Shown: in pieces, positions 7,963-14,175 of the stretch
How positions within the stretch are numbered: the stretch's first letter is position 1
How the letters are laid out: each line of letters opens with the position of its first letter
Assembly: GCA_949065595.1 (NCBI GenBank)
Contig: CARSXK010000007.1
Coordinates: 1,769-16,528, forward strand
Length of the DNA: 14,760 nucleotides
Direction of reading: 5' to 3'
Source: an uncultured Bacilli bacterium
GTDB taxonomy: Bacteria > Bacillota_I > Bacilli_A > RF39 > UBA660
Notes under the pieces: model-generated
Told to the model about the DNA's origin: nothing
Database searches by the model: none
What the model saw: the letters and a program-made list of their open reading frames with translations, nothing else
Position numbers and translations under genes: made by a program

Positions 7963-7991
7963 AATATAAAGAATGTTAGACCAATTGTCAA
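7963..7991 (-). promoter_or_regulatory. Sigma-A-type promoter for the DUF1016-N ORF (TTGACA-17 nt-TATATT)
   Basis: On the minus strand TTGACA is at 7986-7991 and TATATT is at 7963-7968, with an exact 17-nt spacer, about 20 nt upstream of the RBS. Confidence 0.5.
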
Positions 7992-8188
7992 AGTATAAAA
8001 ATAAAAGATCAGAAGATAAAAAAAGACAAATTAATAATTTGCGGTAATACATTATTTGAATTTAGAATAGTAAGAAACTGCAAACTGAAAAAGAACGTTT
8101 TTTTAAATATTTTACTCAAAAAAATCATCATTTAATTGTTGAACAACTAAATTTATTTTATGAAAACACTTTTTTACAAAAACAGATG

Positions 8189-8323
8189 TTAAGAGACATA
8201 CAAAATTGCGTTGGAATTTCCTTCTTCCTCCAAATGGTTTATCTGTATAGAGTTTAAATATGTGAACCCTAATACAAATATCACAAAACCAATTAATACC
8301 TTACTATGTAACATTTCTTTCAT
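8189..8323 (-). CDS. Unannotated 44-aa small membrane protein, divergent from lexA and preceded by a LexA-box promoter
   Basis: Hand translation gives MKEMLHSKVLIGFVIFVLGFTYLNSIQINHLEEEGNSNAILYVS, with stop TAA at 8189-8191. A perfect RBS GAGGAGG (complement of 8331-8337) lies 7 nt before the ATG at 8321-8323. There is one predicted TM helix (VLIGFVIFVLGFTYL). The ORF is shorter than any entry in the ORF track. Confidence 0.6.
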   Translation of the reverse strand: MKEMLHSKVLIGFVIFVLGFTYLNSIQINHLEEEGNSNAILYVS

Positions 8324-8347
8324 TGTTTATCCTCCTCTGCTAATTTT

Positions 8348-8376
8348 AGTTTAACACGAACATACATTCGTGTCAA
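8348..8376 (-). promoter_or_regulatory. Promoter of the 44-aa ORF (TTGACA-17 nt-TAAACT) with LexA box 1 occupying the spacer
   Basis: On the minus strand TTGACA is at 8371-8376 and TAAACT is at 8348-8353. The spacer holds CGAATGTATGTTCG (plus-strand CGAACATACATTCG, 8357-8370), with one mismatch to CGAAC-N4-GTTCG. This box sits inside the 7-bp-arm palindrome ACACGAA-N6-TTCGTGT (8354-8373). Confidence 0.65.
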
Positions 8377-8385
8377 TACAAAATT

Positions 8386-8425
8386 CGAACAAATGTTTGA
8401 CTTATTGTCAACAGTGTGTTAAAAT
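8386..8425 (+). promoter_or_regulatory. lexA promoter (TTGACT-17 nt-TAAAAT) with LexA box 2 overlapping the -35 (autoregulation)
   Basis: CGAACAAATGTTTG is at 8386-8399, with one mismatch to the consensus. The -35 TTGACT is at 8397-8402 and the -10 TAAAAT is at 8420-8425. The RBS AAGGAGG precedes the ATG at 8456. Confidence 0.7.
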
Positions 8426-8455
8426 AAAGAGGAAAATAAAAAAGGAGGTCGTAAT

Positions 8456-9073
8456 ATGATTACATTAACCAAGCGACAAAATGAAATTTTAAGCTATATC
8501 AAAAAATATATTGCAACCCATGGTTATCCCCCTACCATTCGTGAAATTGGATCAGCGGTAGATGTTTCCTCCCCTGCAACCATCCATGCCCATTTGGCCA
8601 ATCTAGAGAAAAAAGGATTCATTCGAAAACAAGAAACCAAAAATCGTGCTTTAGAATTGTTAGTTGAAAATGAATTTGAACCTAAAAATGACTTAATTAT
8701 AGAAGTACCTTTGCTAGGAAAAATAACAGCTGGTTCTCCGATCGAAGCCATTGAACATCCCGATGAAACATTTGCGATACCATCCTACTTGGTTCCTAAA
8801 AATAAAGATGTCTTTACTCTAAACGTAAGTGGTACTAGTATGATAAATGCGGGAATTTTGGATGGAGATATTGTCATTGTGGAACGAAAAAATACAGCAC
8901 GCAATGGACAAATCGTTGTTGCTATGACAGATGAAAATGAAGTGACATTGAAAACATTTTATAAAGAAGATGGCTACTTTAGATTACAACCAGAAAACGA
9001 TTCCATGGAACCAATTATTTTAGACAATGTGACTATTTTAGGAATTGCGATTGGACTTTATCGAAAACTATAA
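8456..9073 (+). CDS. lexA: LexA transcriptional repressor (SOS regulator, S24 autopeptidase)
   Basis: 205 aa. The N-terminal winged HTH reads YPPTIREIGSAVDVSSPATIHAHLANLEKKGFI. The Ala-Gly cleavage site is in KITAGSPI. The catalytic Ser is in VSGTSM and the Lys is in VTLKTFY. Confidence 0.97.
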   Translation: MITLTKRQNEILSYIKKYIATHGYPPTIREIGSAVDVSSPATIHAHLANLEKKGFIRKQETKNRALELLVENEFEPKNDLIIEVPLLGKITAGSPIEAIEHPDETFAIPSYLVPKNKDVFTLNVSGTSMINAGILDGDIVIVERKNTARNGQIVVAMTDENEVTLKTFYKEDGYFRLQPENDSMEPIILDNVTILGIAIGLYRKL

Positions 9074-9105
9074 AAGAGAATTCATTGGAATCCTCTTTTA
9101 TTTTT
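9072..9105. terminator. Bidirectional terminator shared by the convergent lexA and lipoprotein genes
   Basis: A 12-bp stem AAAAGAGAATTC / GAATCCTCTTTT has one mismatch and a 4-nt loop (ATTG). T-tracts flank it on both strands. It overlaps both stop codons. Confidence 0.6.
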
Positions 9106-9823
9106 CGTATTTTTCTTTTAGTCCTTGATACCAATTGCTTACTTTTTCTTTTCCAGATTGATACACATGAGAAGCGCCTTCTTGAATCATCCCAGCAGTA
9201 TTTTGGAATGCTTCCACCATATCATCTTTGGCTTCTACAAAATTTTGATAATTGTCACTTCCCATTGTGGATTCTAGCTTTTCTGATATTTTATGTGTTA
9301 AATTAGCAGCTTCTGTTTTTACATACTGAAGTACAATTTGATACTTTTCTTTTAATGTATCTTTATACCCAGGTAATTTATTTTCAATCGCTTGATCCAT
9401 GCGTGCTAAAACTGCACACACTTTTTCTTGTGCGCTTGCTGTCAAATCCTTGAAATAAAGATTTCCTATTGGTTGTTCATAATAGATAAAATCAACCAAC
9501 ATAATGAATTTTGTTGCAATGGTTTCTTTGGCTGATTCTATCTTTTCTGATGCAAGAAGTGTCGTAATTTCTTGTTCTAAAGAATCAATCTGTTGCATTG
9601 CTTGTTCCTCCTTTGTAATAACAGGAGTATTTTTTATTGATCCATCTTCTAATGATTCACTTACTGGTATAGTGGGTTCAACATCCAAACTAGAAGATTC
9701 TGGATTGGAGTCCGTTTCTTCTTTGATTCCCACATCTACTTTTTGATTGTTTTCATTTTGAACAATCCTTTTTTCATTACAACCAGTTACCAATATTAAA
9801 CTTACTAATACAATCCATTTCAT
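9098..9823 (-). CDS. Hypothetical lipoprotein
   Basis: The signal peptide with lipobox is MKWIVLVSLILVTGC. An acidic low-complexity linker is followed by a helical domain. The start ATG overlaps the queH stop (ATGA). Confidence 0.8.
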   Translation of the reverse strand: MKWIVLVSLILVTGCNEKRIVQNENNQKVDVGIKEETDSNPESSSLDVEPTIPVSESLEDGSIKNTPVITKEEQAMQQIDSLEQEITTLLASEKIESAKETIATKFIMLVDFIYYEQPIGNLYFKDLTASAQEKVCAVLARMDQAIENKLPGYKDTLKEKYQIVLQYVKTEAANLTHKISEKLESTMGSDNYQNFVEAKDDMVEAFQNTAGMIQEGASHVYQSGKEKVSNWYQGLKEKYEK

Positions 9824-10428
9824 ATTTCACACCTCTTTTTAGAAAACTCACAACCACAATAATCCTGTCTATATAAATGATATTGTTTGGATAATTCTAT
9901 AGAACGTTTATACCCATTTCTTTTCTTAAAATCTGCATATAAGTAAGAAATTCCATATTGTTTTTCTAATATTTCTCCAATTTGATTTAATTTCTGACTG
10001 TCTTTATAAGGACTAATGGATAATGTAGTTGTAAAATAATCAAAAGCCAATTCCTTGGCCTTTTTTGCCGTTTCATTCATACGTAAATAGTAACATTTAT
10101 TACAACGAGCACCTCCTTCAGGTTCCTCTTCGAGTCCCCTACTCATTTCAGTAAACAGATTAGGGGTATAAGTTCCTTCCAAAAAGTGTACATCTGGATG
10201 AATCAATTCAATCAATCGCTTTTGTTCTTCTACTCTATGTTGATATTCTATGCCATCAGTAATATTTGGATTATAATAAAAAACTGTAATTTCAAAATAA
10301 TGTTTTAAATACTCTAATACATAACTGCTACAAGGTCCACAACAACTATGTAATAGCAATTTCGCTTTTCTTTCAATAGGTAAATGGTTCAAAATTTCAT
10401 CTAATTTTAATTGATAATTGATTTTCAT
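9820..10428 (-). CDS. queH: Epoxyqueuosine reductase QueH (DUF208)
   Basis: 202 aa. It has the N-terminal LLHSCCGPCS motif and the C-terminal RQDYCGCEFS motif, plus an internal ARCNKCY. These are the Cys motifs I associate with QueH. Confidence 0.85.
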   Translation of the reverse strand: MKINYQLKLDEILNHLPIERKAKLLLHSCCGPCSSYVLEYLKHYFEITVFYYNPNITDGIEYQHRVEEQKRLIELIHPDVHFLEGTYTPNLFTEMSRGLEEEPEGGARCNKCYYLRMNETAKKAKELAFDYFTTTLSISPYKDSQKLNQIGEILEKQYGISYLYADFKKRNGYKRSIELSKQYHLYRQDYCGCEFSKKRCEI

Positions 10429-10476
10429 ATTTCCACATCCCCTATCAGTTTAACATAAATCATAGAAAAAAGAAAC

Positions 10477-11154
10477 TTACGTTCGTCTCTTTTTTCTTTT
10501 TTCATTATAACTTTTTAGTATTGCTTTGACATCTGGAAAAGCATTCATCAAGCGTTTTCCTAAAAAGGAACGATTGGATAAAACAGCTTTGACTTTTTTT
10601 GAAATTTCTTCTGTACTGTCTTTTCGAATATTAGTTGCAACTTTCTTAAAATTAAGAATAACTTTAAAGGAAACCAAATTATCAGTGATGAAAATTAAAA
10701 AGAAAAGAATAGCTGTTATTGTTAATATTTGACTAGGTATCAAGGACAAACTATATGTAATAAGAGGATTGGCTATATACAAAATCAAGCATCCACCAAT
10801 TCCAAAAAGAATCATATTTACCAAACAAATACGACCATTGAGATTGAATTTACTACTGCTATAATCCCACCACCTTGCTTTGAATATTTTTTCCATAATA
10901 TAGCTTGTTCCATATTCTAATACAGAACAAATAACAATTGTCATTAGAAATAAAACAAGGGGGTTGCTTATATAAGAATGTAAAAAATAAATAATAAATA
11001 AAGAGCCATATCCATAGATAGGACAATAAGGGCCGATTAAAAAACCACGGTTTATCCATTTTTTTGTAATCAAAAAAATATTAATTACTTCTATAATCCA
11101 ACCAATAAAAGAATAAATCATAAATAACAAAAACCATGTTTTCAAATCATACAT
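10477..11154 (-). CDS. Polytopic membrane protein of the PF06541 family (putative ABC-transporter type IV)
   Basis: 225 aa with about 6 TM segments. It has the N-terminal YSFIGWIIEV and GPYCPIYGYG motifs typical of that family, and a basic C-terminal tail. Confidence 0.7.
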   Translation of the reverse strand: MYDLKTWFLLFMIYSFIGWIIEVINIFLITKKWINRGFLIGPYCPIYGYGSLFIIYFLHSYISNPLVLFLMTIVICSVLEYGTSYIMEKIFKARWWDYSSSKFNLNGRICLVNMILFGIGGCLILYIANPLITYSLSLIPSQILTITAILFFLIFITDNLVSFKVILNFKKVATNIRKDSTEEISKKVKAVLSNRSFLGKRLMNAFPDVKAILKSYNEKRKKRRT

Positions 11155-11230
11155 ATTGTAGGCTCCATTTCAGATTTTAAAATTTCCCATTTAGTATATC
11201 ATATTTTGTCAAAAAAAGAAACAATTTTAA

Positions 11231-11259
11231 TTGGCAATCATAAAATTATATGGTATAAT
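11231..11259 (+). promoter_or_regulatory. Promoter of tRNA-Thr (TTGGCA-17 nt-TATAAT with TGn extension)
   Basis: TTGGCA is at 11231-11236 and TGGTATAAT is at 11251-11259, about 18 nt upstream of the tRNA 5' end. Confidence 0.6.
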
Positions 11260-11276
11260 AAGTTTGTTTTTAAATT

Positions 11277-11350
11277 GCCGCCTTAGTTAAGTGGTATAAC
11301 AGAGCCATGGTAAGGCTCAGTTGTAAGTTCGATTCTTACAGGTGGCACCA
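11277..11350 (+). tRNA. tRNA-Thr, anticodon GGU, CCA encoded
   Basis: Hand-folded cloverleaf. The acceptor stem is GCCGCCT/AGGTGGC (one G-U pair). The D arm is GTTA-AGTGGTA-TAAC. The anticodon arm is GAGCC-ATGGTAA-GGCTC, placing GGT at positions 34-36 with U33 and A37. The variable loop is AGTT and the T arm is GTAAG-TTCGATT-CTTAC. The discriminator A and CCA follow, for 74 nt in total. Confidence 0.9.
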
Positions 11351-11433
11351 GATTGATAGGAAACTCGAACTTTCTATATTTTTGTAGAAATTCGAGTTTT
11401 AATATGCTTTAAATTATTGTATAATATATTTGT
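11344..11433 (+). repeat. Module copy A: tRNA 3' end, downstream core, terminator hairpin and promoter-like stretch
   Basis: The core GGCACCAGATTGATAG is at 11344-11359 (the last 7 nt of the tRNA plus 9 nt downstream). The hairpin is AAACTCGAA-c-TTTCTA / TAGAAA-TTCGAGTTT (11361-11399). It is followed by GAGTTTTAATATGCTTTAAATTATTGTATAATATATTT, with an extended -10 TGTATAAT at 11418-11425. Confidence 0.75.
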
Positions 11434-11469
11434 AGTAACCAAACTAAACTTATTTATCAGGAGGTTTTA

Positions 11470-12330
11470 ATGAACAAAGAAATAGTTCAATCAGAAATAA
11501 ATGTAAATGATAACAAAATAAAAGTAATAAGAATAGGATCTAAAGAATATATATCTTTAACCGATTTAGCAAGATATGCAAATCCAGAAGAGCCTAAAGT
11601 CCCTATACAAACTTGGATGAGAAATAAAGATGTAATAGCTTATTTAGGATTGTGGGAAAAATTAAATAACGAAAATTTCAAAGGTCACGAATTTACGACC
11701 TTTGAAAATTCTGCTGGTAGAAATAGTTTTTATATGTCACCACAAAAGTGGGTCAAGGAAACAAACGCAATAGGAATTGTATCAAAATCTGGAAATAATG
11801 GTGGTACATATGCTTGCAGTGATATTGCTTTGGAATTTGCAAGTTGGTTATCTCCAGAATTTAAATTATATGTTATTCAAGAATTTGAAAGATTAAAGAA
11901 AAATGAAGCGTACCAGTATAAGCTTGATTGGTCTGCTAACAGAATGCTTGCAAAAACTAACTATCATATCCATACAGATTCTATTAAAGAAAATATTGTA
12001 CCTAAATTAACTGAAAAACAAAAACAATATATCTATGCAGAAGAAGCTGACGTGTTAAATGTAGCATTATTTGGTATGACTGCCAAAGAATGGAGAGAAG
12101 AAAATCCAAATTTAAAAGGCAATATTCGCGACTATACTGATTTAAAACATTTACTAATTTTATGTAACCTAGAAAATACTAATGCTGAACTCATTAACGA
12201 TAATATTCCACAAAAAGAAAGATTGGTAAAATTAAATAATTCTGCAATTAGACAAATGAAAATTTTAGAAAATGATAAGAGTATAAAGGAACTTGAAACA
12301 TTAAATAAAAATCTAATTGAAACGAAATAA
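11470..12330 (+). CDS. KilA-N domain-containing DNA-binding protein
   Basis: 286 aa with RBS AGGAGG. YISLTDLARYAN...WMRNKDVIAYLGLWEKLNNENF...GRNSFYMSPQKWVKETNAIGIVSKSGNNGGTYACSDIALEFASWLSPEFKLYVIQEFERLK matches the widespread KilA-N family pattern as I remember it. Confidence 0.8.
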   Translation: MNKEIVQSEINVNDNKIKVIRIGSKEYISLTDLARYANPEEPKVPIQTWMRNKDVIAYLGLWEKLNNENFKGHEFTTFENSAGRNSFYMSPQKWVKETNAIGIVSKSGNNGGTYACSDIALEFASWLSPEFKLYVIQEFERLKKNEAYQYKLDWSANRMLAKTNYHIHTDSIKENIVPKLTEKQKQYIYAEEADVLNVALFGMTAKEWREENPNLKGNIRDYTDLKHLLILCNLENTNAELINDNIPQKERLVKLNNSAIRQMKILENDKSIKELETLNKNLIETK

Positions 12331-12434
12331 AGTGTCAATTTAGTAAAACACACTTGTACATTGACATCATCAATGCACACACGGAACTTAAGTTTTTCGC
12401 CATTAAATCTTTTAGTAGTAGAAGTTGAGAAAAT

Positions 12435-12602
12435 ATGAAAAAAGTACTTGTTTTATATTCTAGTGGTAAAGATTCAACGTTAAGTGCCATGTTATTAATA
12501 AAGCAAGGATATCAAGTATTTTTAATATATTATGATAATTCATTAGAAATTGGTAATCACAATGTTAAAAATGATGCTAAAAGATTAGAAAAAAATACAT
12601 AA
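12435..12602 (+). pseudogene. Remnant (55 codons) of a PP-loop ATP pyrophosphatase
   Basis: MKKVLVLYSSGKDSTLSAMLLIKQGYQVFLIYYDN... carries an SGGxDS-type PP-loop (SSGKDS). It stops after 55 aa, whereas family members are more than 200 aa. The downstream frames contain several stops before the next gene. The RBS is weak. Confidence 0.55.
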
Positions 12603-12683
12603 GCGGTAAGGTAATATATTGATGCAGTAAAAAATCTAGAAGTAGAAAAAATATAACAGTATTGAGATAGGAGAAAACTATAT

Positions 12684-13208
12684 ATGACAGATAATAGGAG
12701 TGAATATTTTGTATTTGTTCCCTTTTGTTTATTGGCACAAGCGTATCAAGCTCAAGGAATTGTAAAATATGAATGGAAAAGTTCGATAAAACCATTCGTA
12801 AATCTTCTTATTGACAATGATATTAATATAATTCAAATGCCATGTGCTGAAAGTACCTTTCATAATAATCTAATAAGAGAAACAAAGGGACTAACAAAAT
12901 ATAATACAGTGGATTTTAACATACATTGTGAACATATAGCAAAAGAAGTTTCTAATCAGATAAAACAACTTATAGAATCAAATTATAAAGTAATAGCAGT
13001 TTTAGGAATAGAACAATCACCATCGTGCTGTGTAAACTATATATATACTAATCATGGAAACGAAAACCGAAAAGGTATATTTATAGAAAAATTGTATGAA
13101 AAAATTAAAGAATATGATATACCTATTATAGGTATTAACAGAAAATATATTAATAAATCTCTAAAACAATTAGAAAAAATAATTAATGCAACAAAAATCA
13201 AAAACTGA
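12684..13208 (+). CDS. Cys-motif protein, possibly a divergent DUF523/TudS-like [4Fe-4S] protein
   Basis: 174 aa. Cys residues lie at 15 (PFCLLAQ), 54 (MPCAES), 82 and 115/116 (EQSPSCCV). Their order and context resemble the CLLG / CPE / SPSCG motifs I recall for DUF523. The ORF itself is solid; the family assignment is tentative. Confidence 0.55.
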   Translation: MTDNRSEYFVFVPFCLLAQAYQAQGIVKYEWKSSIKPFVNLLIDNDINIIQMPCAESTFHNNLIRETKGLTKYNTVDFNIHCEHIAKEVSNQIKQLIESNYKVIAVLGIEQSPSCCVNYIYTNHGNENRKGIFIEKLYEKIKEYDIPIIGINRKYINKSLKQLEKIINATKIKN

Positions 13209-13233
13209 AAAGTTGTTGAACGTCCTTCCTTAG

Positions 13234-13304
13234 GGCACCAGATTGATAGATACTCCACTTTATTGTTGGAGTTTTAATATACTTAAAATTATGATAGAAT
13301 ATTT
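13234..13304 (+). repeat. Module copy B: displaced tRNA 3' end core, hairpin and promoter-like stretch
   Basis: The core GGCACCAGATTGATAG at 13234-13249 is identical to 11344-11359. The hairpin is ACTCCA/TGGAGT (13252-13272). It is followed by GAGTTTTAATATACTTAAAATTATGATAGAATATTT, about 80% identical to copy A, with TGATAGAAT at 13292-13300. It starts 26 nt after the stop at 13208. Confidence 0.75.
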
Positions 13305-13353
13305 CTATAAATTAAATTGATTTTGTCAATATACATTTAAAGGAGGGACCAAA

Positions 13354-14145
13354 ATGTATGGGGCTATTATAGGAGATTTAGCAGGATCGATATATGAATT
13401 CGGCCAAATAAAAAAAGTATCCCCTATTTCTGTTAATAAAATAATTGAAGATAATAGTTTTTACAGTGATGATACTATTTTAACAATTGCTATACTTGAT
13501 GCCATATTAAATCATGACCAAAATTATGAACTGTATCTTAAAAAATACATAAAAGCATATTTGAATTATAAACCAAATTATAAACCATATTTTAAAACAC
13601 CCTTTTCTCCCAAATTAATAAAATGGTATGAAGGCAGCATTGAAGGTCAAAGTAAGGGAAATGGAGCAATGATGCGAGTTTCATCAATTGGTTATTTATT
13701 TAACACTAAATATGAAATTCTAAATCAATCCATATTAGCGACTATACCATCTCATTATTCTTTAGAAGCGATAAACGCGTCTCAAATAGTATCATTAATT
13801 ATTTACTATGGAAGATTAGGTATGTCAAAAAAAGAAATAATTAGTAAAATAAATAATCCCTTTGATTACCAACCGTTTCATCAATTTAATACAACATGTC
13901 GTGAGACTTTACCAAATTGTTTATACGCCTTATTCTCATCGAATCATTTTGAAGAAGCTATCAGAACAATAATATCATATGGTGGCGATACAGATACTAA
14001 TGCTTGCATCGTAGGTTCTATGGCTGAAGCTTTATACGGTATAGATGAAAATCTTATTTTACTGGCGAAGAAAAAAATTCCTAGTGAGTTTAATGATATT
14101 CTAGAAAAAGGATATCGTAAAATTCAGAAGCCTATTTTATATTAA
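13354..14145 (+). CDS. ADP-ribosylglycohydrolase family protein (DraG/ARH fold)
   Basis: 263 aa with RBS AAAGGAGGG. The family motifs are YGAIIGDLAGSIYEF, YSDDTILT, GNGAMMRVSSIG and GGDTDTNACIVGSMAEALYG. Confidence 0.88.
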   Translation: MYGAIIGDLAGSIYEFGQIKKVSPISVNKIIEDNSFYSDDTILTIAILDAILNHDQNYELYLKKYIKAYLNYKPNYKPYFKTPFSPKLIKWYEGSIEGQSKGNGAMMRVSSIGYLFNTKYEILNQSILATIPSHYSLEAINASQIVSLIIYYGRLGMSKKEIISKINNPFDYQPFHQFNTTCRETLPNCLYALFSSNHFEEAIRTIISYGGDTDTNACIVGSMAEALYGIDENLILLAKKKIPSEFNDILEKGYRKIQKPILY

Positions 14146-14175
14146 AAATCAGAAAGACTACATCACTATCAACCT

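Noticed and set aside
7942-8052. N-terminal extension of the DUF1016-like ORF (MYYRKLLICLFLSSDLLFLYFDNWSNILYIVNIKEWT)
   Set aside because: This stretch contains the TTGACA-17-TATATT promoter and the AAGGAG RBS for the ATG at 7941. Its composition is non-protein-like.
8088-8110. A GAACG half-site with A/T runs (AAAAAGAACGTTTTTTT) that superficially resembles an SOS box or a terminator
   Set aside because: There is only one GAAC half-site and no GTTC partner at N4 spacing. The flanking A/T runs would form only a very weak AT-only stem.
8524-8751. Minus-strand ORF antisense to lexA
   Set aside because: It lies entirely within the strongly supported lexA CDS and has no RBS.
9153-9163. The 11-mer CCAGATTGATA, which matches the att-like core of the tRNA module
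   Set aside because: It lies inside the lipoprotein coding frame (encoding YQSG on the minus strand). It lacks the GGCA prefix, the hairpin and the promoter-like half of the module. It is most likely a chance match.
9085-9746. Plus-strand ORFs 9085-9306 and 9504-9746
   Set aside because: They are antisense to the lipoprotein gene, and the first starts inside the bidirectional terminator.
10526-11059. ORFs 10526-10732 (+), 10729-10920 (+) and 10859-11059 (-, alternative frame)
   Set aside because: They overlap the PF06541 membrane protein gene, whose frame carries the recognisable family motifs.
11155-11230. A possible preQ1 or other riboswitch in the leader of the membrane-protein/queH operon
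   Set aside because: The leader after the extended -10 (TGATATACT) is only about 40 nt. It shows no conserved riboswitch-like stem-loops or motifs that I can recognise.
12330-12366. Overlapping inverted repeats after the KilA-N stop (AAGTGT/ACACTT and TGTCAAT/ATTGACA)
   Set aside because: The arms are short (6-7 bp) with 14-22 nt loops and no T-tract. This is too weak to call a terminator or an element end.
12132-13258. Minus-strand ORFs 12132-12380, 12577-12795 and 13052-13258
   Set aside because: They are antisense to the KilA-N gene, the PP-loop remnant, the Cys-protein gene or module copy B. Their translations are Phe/Leu/Ile low-complexity with no RBS.
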